Source: Azolla caroliniana
Lineage: Eukaryota; Plantae; Polypodiophyta
Direction of reading: 5' to 3'
Assembly: GCA_043228905.1 (NCBI GenBank)
Contig: JBHGNT010000016.1
Coordinates: forward strand, 5,208,001-5,272,000
DNA: 64,000 nt
How positions within the stretch are numbered: position 1 is the stretch's first letter; each line of letters begins with the position of its first letter. The notes beneath the pieces are model-generated. The model had not been told where the DNA came from. It did no database searches and worked only from the letters and a program-made list of their open reading frames with translations. Shown in pieces: positions 11,202 to 25,373 of this stretch. The translations under genes were made by a program, and so were the position numbers.

Positions 11202-14200
11202 ATGACCCAGCAATCCTCTTTCATCTCCATGAACAACAATCACATGGACAGAGGTGTTTCTCTGTCTAGGGTTAGGACGCGATCCCAGACCTCTGAGAAA
11301 AGGCGGTATCGCCAGAATGTCGACGTTGGAAGCACAAGCAACACCACCAATAACCAGAGGATTACTATTGATGATGATGAAGACGACGAGGACGTCCAAA
11401 TTCTTACCCCTTCCGCTGCAGCTCAGGCAAAAATCATCTCTCTCTCTTTCTCTCTCTCTGTCTCTTTGTGAGGATGATGTTTTTTTTGTTTATGCTTCAG
11501 CAATATCATTTTTTTTCCGAGTATGGTTGCACAGGACCATTTCTCTGATAATTTCCCCGTGTTTTTATTGTTTTGTTTCTAAAGAAAATATTTTTTGAGT
11601 AAATGGATAACGGATTTTCCATCCTATTTCTGTTCTGACTGTTTTCCTAACCCTGATACTGTTTTGGAGAAGGGTAAGAGAAAGGAAGGGGCGGTGCTTT
11701 TGATTGATTTTCTTGTCCAAATTCTGCTTTTGACTGTTTTTTAGCCCTAATACTGATGTGCGACATATCTTTTATCCTGTATTCTGTTTCAGAATAAGAG
11801 GCTGTGTGTCTGGTTTCTTTTTTCATTTTCACCATAGTACTGTTTGGATAAGGGAGTTTGTGCTACCTGTTTCTTTTTTTTATCCTAATATTGTTTTAGG
11901 TCAGAAGCATGAGAACTCCCCAATAGACAAGAAAGTTTGGAATTGGATTTTCCAACGTCAGTGCGGGAGATAAGCTTTGAGCAGTCATTATCAGTGATTC
12001 AATTACTGCACACTGCATGTGGGACATGCACCTGTCAATGTTGTGTCATAGCATATGAATTGGCAAAATGTAAAATTTTGCAGTGACTTTTTAAAAGCAA
12101 TCCATATCCTTGAAGGAACATATCCAGTTTGGTACCTAGGTCTTGGTCAATTGGTTCTGAACTGGCAAGAAAGCTAATTTCTATTGGAGATAAACCAAGA
12201 AATACTAACAAAAGGGGGTGGGGGTAAATGCAATAACAGCATTGCTACCTTGATGAAACCTGATCCTTGATATATATGGTTTACATCCTTACCTACTGCA
12301 AATATGAAAGATATCCTGACCTTTGCACTGACATTCTCCATCTGTTGTGGTCTGGCATGACAAGTCTAAAGGTAGTTTGGGCATACAAACATCATTATTC
12401 ACCATCTCCAACTGTCTTAATTGCATCTTGAATCCCTTTTCTTATCATGCATGCCATAGACTTTCCATAAGTGTTTAGGGATTAGCATGGAATAAAGATT
12501 GAATAGTAATCAAAATAAAGAGGCCTGGGATTGGAGTCTGGAATCTGTACTCCAACAAATACCCCGGAGTTGAGGCCTATTATTTGGCACAAGAACCTCT
12601 CATGTTGCATATTGTGTGGGGAAGTAGTGGGTGCAGCTGAGAAGAAAGAGCCCTATACTTGCTACAGTGCACAACAGGTCAGCTAGCTTCTTATATGTCA
12701 GCTAACTTTGGTGTCTCCAGACCATGTCTATCTTCTGAAACTAGTTTTGTTTTAGATGGAATGCGTTTTTTCTGAGAATGACTCATGTAAAATTCATGAG
12801 TGCTTTACCCTAAAACAATGTTATTCAACACATCCTCCACATTTATCATTCAGACAATTATGTAGCTTTTGTATTGCTGCAGCCTGTCCCAATTAGGCAC
12901 TTTTGATGCTTGCTACCAGCGCAACCCCCCCCATCAATTTCTATTTCTTGCTAAAAGTTTTTTTTCTTACCTGTGCCTCAATTTCCACCTTGTTTTCACT
13001 CCCTAAAATATATGGTTCGTTTACAGAAATGTGTATGTTCATATAAAATATGTTGTCTTTTATGAAATCCATGCATTTTATTTGCAATGCTCCGTGAAAT
13101 CCAAATATGGAATCTTAAAGCTGTGAATATTGTGAAACTGCAAATGTTGCTTGTGACATTGACAGTTCATAGTGGGATAATTGTAAGTGAGCCTTGGAGG
13201 GGCGAGAAATGTGTTTTAGATCTGTATGGTGCTCTGGCCTTTCACATAAAAGATGGTATGCAAAAGCATGTCAATAAGAACTCTTCATATGCTAGGTTCA
13301 GGAGATTCTACGAAAGGTTAACTCTTAAATGAGTAAGAAAATCTCCCCTCCATCCTCAATGAGCGAGGGCTCTCAACTTCTTTCTTTGTGGTTGAATGTT
13401 TTCTTTTTAACTGAATGTGGGGTCCAAGTCTCAGATGCATCCATAAGGTTTACACACAGTGGTTCCATGGAAAAATGGGATAGTTTCCATTGACTGCAAT
13501 GTCTGGGACTGTCTCGTGTACATATCCCTATCATCAGTGTATGAAACATAGTTTCCATCAACTGTAATGTCTGGGACTGTATTGTGGACGTATCCCTATC
13601 ACCAGTGTATGAAACCTAACCTCCTAATTGGTATTCTCATTTGCAGCTTACTTTCTCTATATCAATAATAAGCCATTTAATGTTTTCTTAACATTATTAG
13701 CACTCAAGAGTCTTTTTATATATATGTCAACATTGTTTGCATTGTAGCTGATATCTTTATCCTATTTAAATTGTATCTTCAAAAATCTGATAATGTAGGT
13801 GCCATATTTTTTAGGCCAGGAACGCACGACATAATCGATGTAATGTGGCAACGCCTATACTGGATGAAACAGACTTGGAACTTAGGCTTGGTAGGTCTGT
13901 TTTTGGGAATTGTGTTATTGCTGCTTACAGAGTATATTCTGACAGTTTTAATCATCTTGTTTTATGTTTAAAATACCCATGTTAGAGATCAGATGCTGTA
14001 CAAATTTCTCATTGTTTTATTTTATATTTTTATCAATTTGTTTGTGAACGTTCAAAATCATTCATATCATCATCATCTCATTGTGTATCAAATAGTTGCT
14101 AGAAATGCTCTTAGTTCTTGGTCAATCTCTTCATCATGCATCGAAGAGACATGATATATGATGATAGTTTTAGAACTTCCATGTCCTAATAAGTGTAGAT

Positions 14201-17200
14201 CTACACACACTAGAAATAATGGCAAGTGAAAGCATTTTTTCCCATAATTTGTTGCATGCTCGGTGACTAACTTTTATGGGCCATCCTATCCATTCCACCA
14301 TCTGGTTACAGTCTCAACATTTTTATACCATAGCTCCCAATTGTGCATGCCCCTGTTGATCATTCTTTAGTGCTCCTGGTATATGCCATGTGACTCTTTT
14401 ATTTGAGGAGAAACACCAAAACATCCCAAATGTTTTGCTAGAATTAGTAAAATGCCTCACAAATTACCAAAACTTACTGCCCTTGAAACTAAAGTGAAGT
14501 AAACGATAATATTAGGTCATTAGTATTAATACTTATGCTTTTACATAGATCATAATAAGATTATGGGCATAAGTTATACTCCTATTGTTATGGAAACCCA
14601 TTATTAACAGCCTTGATATTTTTACATTTTTTATTTGTTTTTGCTGTATCATGAATATTTGTTGTTGCTACCTTACATATTTTTGGTCGATCTGTTTTGA
14701 TACCACAAGGGACCCACCTGGCAGTGCCTTCCCAGAGAATTGCTAGAGGGACACACAATTCCCGGGTATCTAAGACTGCAACAATAGATTTAACTTCTGG
14801 AAATGATGACGAAGTGATTCTTCTTACTTCCAAGGTGAGTATCATGGATGATGCTAGAATTCAGTGATGCCGTACTTTTTCTATTAATTCCATAATTTCT
14901 GAAAGCATTTCTTAGCTGATATTGATTAGCTATGGTAATTGCAGATGTGTTTGGCAAGTTTATGAAACATCATCTATTATAAAGCTAAACTAACTGGCTG
15001 AAAGATAGATTGAATAATGAAACAAGACTATGCACAGATTAACACACTTGGATTATCTTTAAACATCAATGCGAGAGTTTCATTACTGAGGCGTTTTGGA
15101 TTTCAGCGCCTTATACCTTATAGATAGGAATTAACTAGTGAAGAGTGAGACTAATGCTTTTGCATTTGTTTCAAAATGGTCTTTAGGAATTAGCTAGTCA
15201 AGAACTAAATTTACTCAAATTTATTCTGTTTCAAAAGAAAATACATAATGTGGTCAAAATACAGTATATGTGTCTAGGGGGTCAAGAGCTAGATTATATT
15301 TTTGCACTTGTTTCAAAATTTTCTAGAGGAATTAGCTAGTAAAGAACCAATCTTTCTCAAATGGCCTATCCAATGATAGAAACAACTTGTCTTTATTCTG
15401 TTTCAAGAGAAACTACATAAAGTGATCAAAATACAGTACATGTGTCTTGGGGGTCACCGGCAAAGTGGGCTTTCTCTACTGCCACATATGGTGTATGTAT
15501 ATGGCACATATCTTTGATCTTTAAAGCTATCATGAGTAAACATAATACTCGTTTTTAATGCCTAGTTGAAGCATTTGTGAGGAGTCTTAATACCTCGACT
15601 TCCATACCTATTGGAACTCTTGGAAAAAGCTCCCTTTATTACAAATTCTGGGCATTGTAGCTTTATTTCTCCACATTTTTTTTCAATATCATGGAATAAT
15701 CTATATCTATATCCATATCCAAGTTCTCATGACAACATAATTGGGTAACCACGTAAGAGCATCAATATATGGGCAGAGACTTGCATCACTTAGCGCAAGT
15801 TTCTCCTTATAAGCAGGATGTATGAGATCTTTTCCTGTTTGCATCAGTGGTCATTATGCATGGTGCACTCCAACTTTCACCATTCCCTTGGAGCATGGTC
15901 ATTCTCTACAGGCTTTTGTTGTCAGGATGGATGCTTGTTTGATTGGATCTGTTCTTCTTGTTCAGCTAATGATAATGGGAAATTTCCTATGGGAAGCTTC
16001 CACAAACAAATTTCACCTTCCTATGTATGGTTTCTAAGCACAGCGATTCCTTGATTATGAGTTTCTTCCTCTCCATTTTATGTATTGAAATACTTCCTTC
16101 CAATCTTTTATCTTCTTTGCATCAGTGGCAGTCTGTTATCCATCATTTATACACAGTTAACATCTATGATTAGTGCTCGCTAACATCCAAATCTTCCAGA
16201 CCTTATACATGCATTCTCAAGATGAATGCATGTTGTGTGGAAGTGGGTGATTATGGTACTGTTGGACACTGGAAAACAAATCAAAATGAAAATTTGGACA
16301 CTGGAAATTTATGTGGTTCTGCAATGGGCTCCATCCATTGGAGGGAGATCACTCTTTTGACTCAGAAGATGACAAGTGAAATACAAGAGAAAATTCTAAA
16401 TTGGTTCTATACCTCACTTCTATAAATAATCTTTTGGTTTCCCCAATCAGTTGAACTTAGCTATTTGCTAAGCACCTCAGGAGCTCCAGAAAACTCTTTT
16501 CTCGCACAAATGTATTTTTTTGTTTCTTTCTCAAAGAATTTTCTCTCCCTCAATGGTCCATAACAAGGAGGAATGTGAATTATGGTCTTTACAAACATAC
16601 CATGCAATAGACACTTGCCTAACGTTATCAAAAATATTTGTAGCTACATTAGGAGCATTAACTGACAATCTCCACCTTGACATTGGACTATGTGCTCTCC
16701 AAGTGTTTTTTTTTTTGAAAGACTTATTGCAACCCTCTTCTTTGGTAGGGATGCTTCTTCTCAATATAAGATAACTTGCAGTAAGTTTTCACAGTGCTTT
16801 ATCATCATTTAAATTACACTATCGTTTATGCAAAGCTCACATGTGACTTGTAATAAGTTCACAAGCATCTTCAGAGATGATTTCTTCAAATATCTGTATC
16901 TTTCGATCTCGCATGAAACTCTTGATTCATAGTCAAAAGTAACGCACTTTGACTGACATCGTACATGTATCCTAGAAAGCTTGTAAGTTCCTAACACATT
17001 GTTTTTCAACTTGGGAATATGTCAGACATTGTCCTGTGTTCAAACAATTCCGTTGTGCATTTTGATCTTCATTGTACCGATTCAAACAATAGTATGATAG
17101 CAACATTGCAAAATTGATAGGTGTAAAACCATTGCTCATGGGCCACATATGGTATGCTATGTGCATCCTGAGCTTAACATCCATGAATTTTCCAGGTATT

Positions 17201-19305
17201 ATCCATTTGTTGATGCAAACAATGTATCAATAATTTCATCTTCATTTGTGTTGTTGATAGTGTTTGCTTTTGTTTGACTTTTGATTCCACATCTCGCGGT
17301 GGACATGAGTTGGAACATCTGTTTTGGCAATTTCATCCACAAGATGTACTTTTAGCACGAATTAAATTCTCCTTGTGATGTTATTTCATGCCAAGACTTT
17401 AGGCTTGAGACAAACTGCTTGATGTTTGATCTTTTCTATCTCTAAATGGGCTGTTGTCACTTTATCCACTGTTAGAGTTTGTTTTCTCCCATAGCTTTGC
17501 CAAAGTAGTTTTGTACTGGGACAATACTGAGTCATATTTTGCATATTGTCTTTGCTTGTAATTCTTTCCTATTATCATCTTTTATGTCTGGTATTTATAC
17601 CAATGCATTATATAGACCCTGTTGACCAATGCATTTTTGACAATACCTTGCAAAATGCTGAAGTTGGCCTTTCTCTGAAAAATCATTCAGTCAAACTTTG
17701 GCGGCAAATTAAGTATGGACGTGAGAAATTTACGTGGTTTGGTAAATGCCAATGCCCATGCGAGTCAAACGCAATGTCCACTAAGAAGATTACAAGAGTA
17801 AACTCTCAATTCAATCTGAACTTCACTTTCCTAGGAAATCCTTTGGTTTTCACTCTGACTTAGCTCTAGCTATTTGCCAAGCACCTTGTCTCTTCTTTGG
17901 TGGTCATTCAGAAAGAGGGAATGCCTATTTATAGGCCTTCACAAACATCTCATGCCATATACACTTGTCTAACATGCAAGAGCATGCTATGTTTCACCTC
18001 ATTATATCAAACAAACATTGGCTTAATTGAAGTCCAAGAAGAGTATTGACTGACTGACATCAAGAGCATGGACAATATCTTTGCTTCAGGAGGGATTGAG
18101 CATGTTTGAGAGTTTTGCCAATTGATGGCTATTTTGCTGAGTTTTGCCGATCAACAGGCATATAATAGGGCGCACTGAAAGTTCTTAGAGGGTTTGATGG
18201 GTTTTCGCTCTATTAAATTGCCAGTGTCTCAGAACGGTACCACCAGGCATGTAGTGCAATTATGATCCCTGGTGACTATGTCAGTCATCAATTCCCTATC
18301 GTGAGGCCTATTGGTCAGAGTTTCTGGCTGTCACCTTGTCTCTTCTTCTGTTATGCTGACACTATGTCGTTCTCGATTCTTTGACAAAGGAAGATATATC
18401 CAATCAGGAGTGGCCAATAATACTTCGCTATGTGCTGCCTATTACACTTTTGCTGGATGTGAACTACTGGTAGTCACGTTAAACTTTTGCCTATTTCTAG
18501 CATTGCTTGGGTTGGTTCAGATGGTCTCATCGGGTTGTTAATGGCTGATTTACAAAGAAAGAGACCTCATTAATCCTCACAAGCTTCATGCATTCATAAG
18601 AAGATGCCTAGATTATTAGTGAGACTGACAAATACCTTGTTTTTTGGTTAGATTCATTCTTAGATGCTTTTTTATTTAACTTGATGTTCACTGATTTCTT
18701 TGTCACTGACTTCATAGGAGTAGATATTATGTCACATGTTTCCTTTATGTTCTGAATACGAGATATGAAGTTGTCCACACATTATCAGACTGGTTAAACC
18801 TGTACTGACTTGAACCATATGTGCTCTTTCTAGAGCAGGATCTTAGAGTAAAAGGTATAGAGGCCATAATTATATGCTAGAATACTGCTCTTAGCTATAT
18901 TTTAATTGAGGAATAAACTAATAACTAATAAATATATCTTAGCGGTGTAATTGGGTTCCTACAATTGAATATATAATGACATTTTTTTATTGCACATCTG
19001 TAATTTTAGGTTCACAACTTTGTTAATCTCCAATTCTCACCCTTTCCATTCCTTCATTTTGATTGTGATTGGAACAGAAGCGGAAGGCAATACAGATCTC
19101 TTCAGAGTCTTCCAAAGATATTCAGCTGACTTGTGCGATTTGCATGGATGTGATGAAAGAAGAAACCTCAACTGTCTGTGGTCATATCTTCTGTAGATCT
19201 TGCATACTTGGGGCTATTCAAGCGCAAAAGAAGTGTCCAAGTTGTCGAAGAAAACTCACCAATGTGAACATCCATCGCATTTACCTTCCACGTAGCTCTG
19301 GATAG
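11202..19305 (+). CDS. RNF4-like SUMO-targeted ubiquitin ligase (SIMs plus C-terminal C3HC4 RING), ~217 aa
   Basis: Exons 11202-11426 (GC donor), 13815-13890, 14710-14834 and 19078-19305 (NAGNAG acceptor). SIM-like ITIDDD, DVQIL, TIDLT and DEVILL; RING CAICMD...STVCGHIFCRSCI...KKCPSCRRKL...HRIYL. Confidence 0.85.
16950..17420 (-). mobile_element. Decayed Ty1/Copia gag-protease remnant in intron 3 of the RING gene
   Basis: The minus strand gives WMLSSGCT*H..MWP / EQWFYTYQ (cf. WILDSGCTYHMCP...WF..Y) followed by HIPKLKNNVL. Confidence 0.45.
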
Positions 19306-20554
19306 TGGTTGTATATATATATTATATAAATTTTTCTTTCTTTTTACTTGAAATTTCTATTCAGTAAGATTTTGTATCATATTGCTCATACGTGAGTCAC
19401 GGTAAAGTTGGTTGAAGTAGAGGTAACAAACACAGTGCTTCTCTTTGCAATGATTTGCAACAAAGAGGAGCATCAAGGGGATTGGTCTCATGTGAATGTA
19501 AAAGACTGCGGAAATCATGAGACAGAAAAGATTGATAGGGAAATTATATTAGAATACATCATGAGTAGCTCACAAAGTGAGGGACAGGGAGAAAATGATT
19601 GAATGCTACATCATGCACACATTTATGACGTTTTTGCTGAATCATTAATTCATGTGAACATTTGTCGTTAATTGCTTTGTTTTCTTGTTCAAGTTTGGCC
19701 AGCCAATTATAGTTTTGCTGTTTGAAAACACAACAGACTATCAAATGTTTAGAATATATGGATACTCTAACATAATATCAAGATAATAATTCTTGGACAT
19801 TTAAGCCTTTCTTCTGAATCATGGTTTTGCAGTACAAATGCTTTCACAAGTAGAATGTAGGAACTAACATTACTTGCTGTGCAATACAAATGCTTTCATG
19901 TAGTTATTGGATTAGCATGCTGTTTTGGCAGTAAAATTATTGGAACTAACTAGATTGTAAGAAATAAAATTTCTTTACTTGCTGTGTTATCAAGACATAA
20001 AAGTTCCATTTGAATGGTTTTCCTATTAGAGATAATTTGCAAAAAAACAATAGAGATTGTGCTCAACCTATCAACAGTGTACAATTGCCCAATGTAGTGA
20101 ATGTGTGACACCATGTATGCACCTTAGAGCAACCAAATCGTTTGTGCTTATGCTAATAATACAAGAAAGAACTTTTTGTTGCATCTTATGTGTTTTATTT
20201 CCACGTTAAGCACACTTGTCTTGAGTGATGAAGCTTAGGGTTAATGTATGGGGTGACACATGTGGGTTGAAACACAACTAGGGAATGTTTCTTGCTCATG
20301 ACGGTATGACCAATTCTCATATTATATGCATCAACATTACATGCTTGAGTGGAGACACAAACCATCTAACAAGTCTAGATGTAAGGCAAAATATTTAGTG
20401 TTGAAGCTACATTTTATTTTAGCATGAAACTTATGAATTTGAATGCTCTAGCTAAATCTTGAGGCAAGGGTACCAAACATAAATAGAGAGAAATAAATGG
20501 TTAGCTCATTTATGAAGCAAAACAGGGTCAATGATTTGTTGGAGGGGATCTTAT

Positions 20555-21049
20555 TAACAATCGGCAACGGTTTAGTTTGGTTTGAGATGGTTAAAACCAA
20601 ACCGTTTAAACTTTTTGAAACCTGAACCAAACCACGAAACTGTTAAACCGAACCATTAAAAAAAAATTCAAACCGTTAAAACAATTAAAACCACGGTTTC
20701 GTAGTTCAGTTTCGGTTTTATGTTATATAGAGAAGAAGGTGAATAAGTGATGAGTGGAAAATGGACAATGAAAAAGTGGAAAATAATAAAATGGAAAACT
20801 AAATCGAAAATGGAAAATAAAATGAAAAGATTGTTTAAAAACAATTTTTTTTTATTTTAAAAAATAAAATAAAATAAACAAATAAAAAGCCATTACACCA
20901 TTTTAACTACGGTTTCTGAGTGTTGAAACCGAATCGAATTGTTTAAAAAGACCTAAACCTAAACAGAACCGTTAAAACCGTTGAGTTGTTAAGCCGCGGT
21001 TTCGCGGTTCGGTTCGGTTCGATTCAAACCAAACCGTTGCCGATTGTTA
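20555..21049. mobile_element. hAT-type MITE, 495 bp
   Basis: 25-bp TIRs TAACAATCGGCAACGGTTT(A/G)GTTTG (1 mismatch), perfect 8-bp TSD GATCTTAT (20547-20554, 21050-21057) and many AAACC(G) subterminal motifs. Confidence 0.93.
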
Positions 21050-21524
21050 GATCTTATGAGACTCTCACGTCCCCAACCTCGAGCTGCCTATTTATTGATC
21101 TTACAAACCTCTCGGAGTAAGAGTGCTCTAAATACAAATAAGGGACTTGTGCAATGAATACCACGTTGTGAGGTTTTTTAGTGATCCCAAGCAAATAAAA
21201 AAAGCAGCTATGTGAGTAGCACGTATTGTTTCATTGAGAAATGGAAGGGTAGATTATGGAATTAAAGGAACCCCCCCCCCCCCCCCCCCCCCAAAAGGGT
21301 ATCTATCCTTTTGGGCCATTTTATATTAACTTTCTTTGATCAGGGTTTTTGCAGATTTCTGTCTCAGCTTTCATGGTTTCTTCCAAGACATGCTCTTTTT
21401 TCACGCGCATATAGTCCCCTGCTCTTCTTCTTCTTCTTCTACATTGAAAGGAGAAAATTAAATCAAGTCTTTTGATAAGAGGATCGCGTCTTCTTCTTCT
21501 TTTAGATCATAGATGTAGATGTAG

Positions 21525-24500
21525 ATGAAGATGAAGATGAAGATGATTCCATATTCTGCTTTCAGATCGAAACGAAATAATTGTATTTTACATATTTTAA
21601 AGGTTTTCCGATGCCTTTATACTAGTACAGATTTTGAGCAGAGGGTGTTTCCTTCAATACAAGTCAATGTTGTTAATGAAGAGAAACCTGCAAAAGCCCA
21701 TCCTTCTTTTCGTTCGGTTGGGCGAGAATTCAACACTATTCGAGGTGTGTTGTCAAATAATTTCGTGAAAGGGAGTATTTTGTTTTATCAAAACAGAGAT
21801 GAGAAAGGAAAGAATTTTAGTACAGTCGCCATACTTAATTCCATTAACAATTTTGAAGAAGAAAAAGTAGAAGATAGTCCTTCATCTAGCTTGTTGAGCA
21901 AGCAAATCCCTCCTAGAGTAGATGAAAAAAACAGTGATAGTAATGAAATCCATGATTTTGTCGTAGTAGACAAAGATGACTTGGTAGAAGTAAAGGAAGA
22001 TAGTGATAATGAAATCATTGACGTATGTACTAAAGCTGTTGTTGTAGATGAAGAAGACTTGTTTGGAGAAGATGGTAGAGATGAGAATGCAGAATTCTAT
22101 GACTATATTCAATCAGAGGATAGTATTGATGAGTTATTATCTGTATTGCTAGGTTTGGAAGAGTACTTCCCAGATGAAGACCCTAGAATTTGTTGTACTT
22201 GTTTGAGATTAGCCGAGCTTTGTTATCATAAAGGTGAGAATCCAGAGAAGATTCTAGACTATGCTCGGAAAGGTTACCATAACTTTAATGCATCAAAAGA
22301 ACCAATAAAAAGTACGAAGTGTTTGCTAATGATGGGAATCGGTCATTATAGAATGGGTGAACTCAAAGAAGCCATGCTTCCTTTGGGAAAGGCTGCTATG
22401 ATGTTGGAGAGTATAGAGGTTCCATTGGATAAAGAACAAGAAATTGCAACTTTGCAATATAGCATACATGTTATTCTTGGCCAGGTGAAGATCTCTCTTG
22501 GATGGCTTCATGAAGCCATGCTTGAGTTTAAGAAAGGACTTAACTCAATAGATAGGGTCCTTTTGCCACATGATCCGAGATTGGGAACTTACTACATGCA
22601 AGTAGCAGAGGCATATATTCAAACAAAGAACCATGAGGAAGCATTAAGTTTGTGTTTGAAAGCATTTCCAATTTATACAAGTGTCTATGGTTCTATTTCA
22701 TCCGAAGTAGCAGACTTAAGAGCACTTATGCTTCAAATACACAATGAACTGAATAATTACGAGAATGTTCTCTCTGAATGTGAAGAAGTTGTCTCTATTT
22801 TGAAAGATTTGGGAAGGGACGAAGAGGTATTGGGACTCACGTTAGAATCGATGCAAGCTTTTTTTCATCTGGGAAGGTTTAAAGAGGCAATAGTTAAGTT
22901 GAAGGATATCATTGGAAAGACAGAGAATGAAAATTCTCTTCATGTTGAAGCACTTATTCTGCTTGCAAGAGGTTATGCTGGTCTCAAAGATGAGAAAACT
23001 TGTGCTGATTGTTGCATTAAGGCATTTAACACTTTAGAAGGAGATGATCAGTCCGTTGAGAGTGCAAAAAGTTTGGTTAGATTGTCTATAGTATATGAGC
23101 AACTGCAGAATTATGATCAAGCAATGTTAGTTATTCATAAGGCCCTTGAGATTTTGGGTCAGTTTGCTGATAATGAGGAGACATCTTCAGTTTCAGCAGA
23201 TGTTGAAGGTCACTTAGGTTATCTATATCTTTGTATCGGTAAACCTAATGAAGCTTTACCTTATTTGGAAAGGTCTATTGCTAGAAAGAAGGATATCCAT
23301 GGCCAAGAAAGCACGGGGATGGTTAATGTATGGAATCATCTTGGTGTTGCTTATGCACATGGGAGGAAACTTGAAGAGGCATTATATGCATTTAAATCTG
23401 CCCAGTTGATAATAACCGAGGGCTGTAGAAGTTTTGATTTGCTCTCAATTTACATCCACAACAACCTATCCCTCACATGCAAGATGATTGGCAGGTACGC
23501 ACAAATTTATGTTGATTAAATGTTTAAATGAAATTACTGGGTGTTATATGATCCCATTTTAGGCTGATTTCAATAACTAGACAAACTCCAGGATAATAAG
23601 GCTCAGTTTCTGGGAGGCTCTATCCTGATGTAAAGAAAATTTAAGTTTCTAGTAGTAAATATATTCTAGCAGTGGCCTTGGGGACATTTTTTCTTGAATG
23701 TCATTTTGATTTTCTTATAAGTTGGGTGAGTTCATGGTGTGTGCTCCTATCTCTGGTGTGAATGCATGAACCTGGACAGCTTACCCCTTTGAGGTACTCA
23801 TGCACATTCGTGTTTGGAGGATTCATGTTTTAAGAATATATTGTGGGATCCTTAGTGTGTGTTCCACCCAGATGGCAAAAGGATGTGAGAGCGTAAACCT
23901 TGATTTATGGAAGGTTAGGATGTGTGATATTCGATTTCTTAAGGAATGTGAATATGCTTTGGAAAGTGAGAAACCAACCACTATGCCAAACCTTGTATGG
24001 TCTAACTTGAATAAGAATGCCATTACATATGTGCAAATGAAATCATTGTGAATCTTAACGAGTGCAGCACTACTTACAAAGTTTGGGAAAAGCTAAGACC
24101 AACATATGAAAACAATTCGCTTGTAAATCAAGTGCATTTGATGAGAAAACTAGTATCTGCAATTGAAATAGTTGAAAAGTTCCATTGGGCACATATCGAT
24201 TTTCATAAGTATGTTGAATCAATTGGATTGAGACATGCAAGCCTTTGATGATTGGTTGAAGGCCATAGTACTTCTAATGACTTCTTCCATCTGGTATACC
24301 ACCTTGTGGTATTGGTCTCATTTTAATATTGTATGTGTAAACTCTCATAAAACATTTTTTAGCAGCCTATTCCCACCCCAATAAAATTATAGAAAAGGGA
24401 GTGTGCTGTTAATGCCTGAATGGTGACATTAAATATTCTTAATTGCTTTGTTGACATATGTGTCTATATTGATAACTCTATATTTTTCTACCATCTATTC

Positions 24501-25373
24501 TTCTTTTCATACAACACTTTTCATACAACACCACTGTGGAAGCAAATCCTAAATATTTGAAATTGTTGACTATCTTCATTGTTTGATCTTTGTGTTATAA
24601 CTTTTCCTTCTCTCACGTTAGTTGCAAGGCCAATAGAATCACCCAATTATGTTGTATCCAAGTAGTTGCTGCGATGTTGAGAAACTCTGTGATTCGAAAA
24701 ACTGTATCATCAGCATATTGAAGAAGCATAAATTGATGCATATCATAAATTTGTTTGTCTTTATTAATCAGGACCTCCAGTCAGCAAGAGATGGGCTGGC
24801 CCACAAATAATAAAATTCTGAGACTAAGTTTGTTTGTTTTTGGTTTCATGACTAAGTTTTGCTAGGGACATCTTCACCCTTTACAAGAAAAACTGTGTGA
24901 TTTTGATCCTAAAACATCATGCATTTCATCCATAATGTGGTGTTGTCTTTGGGATCTGTTCAACTAACCTGTAAGATAGTGTAACTATTTGATGTATTAA
25001 TCTTCCATATGGAATTGAAGTTCAGGTTTCCATGCAATGGGTGCATAGCGGATCAGAACATGATGACCAATGCAATAATTTAATACTTTCTTTTTTAGTT
25101 AAATTTTTTATTTGATTAGTTGTGTTATGTGTTGTATTTTAATCTGAGTTTGCTGTATTGTACAGGATTGATGAAGCCATCAAATATAAACAGACACTGA
25201 TAGAGCTAATGAAGAAAAGCAAGAATACCTCATTTGACTTGAATGAAGCTCAGGAGGAGCTTGAGGCATTATTATTAACACACACCACAAAGAATGGTGA
25301 AGTTGATGAAACAACTGAGCAAGTACTTGGCAAGATGCTGAGAACTTGTACAGGAACATGGATTACTAATTAA
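21525..25373 (+). CDS. TPR-repeat protein (kinesin-light-chain-related/nephrocystin-3-like), ~725 aa, possible organellar transit peptide
   Basis: Exons 21525-23494 and 25166-25373 (phase 2, GT-AG). Multiple ~42-aa TPR units, e.g. GHLGYLYLCIGKPNEALPYLERSI and NHLGVAYAHGRKLEEAL; acidic linker. Confidence 0.85.
23870..24300 (+). mobile_element. Ty1/Copia gag remnant in the TPR gene intron
   Basis: NLDLWKVRMCDIRFLKECEYALE...WSNLNKNA and VWEKLRPTYENNSLVNQVHLMRKLV match the UBN2-type Copia gag pattern; frameshifted. Confidence 0.7.

Noticed and set aside
13771-13971. ORF-track frame (PGTHDIIDVMW...) as exon 2 of the RING gene
   Set aside because: That frame is out of phase with exon 3; the ARNARHNR...DLELRLG frame joins correctly.
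533-19305. Functional SUMO cluster (Ulp1-like fragment plus STUbL)
   Set aside because: The Ulp1-like part is uncertain, truncated and transposon-borne; proximity is most likely chance.
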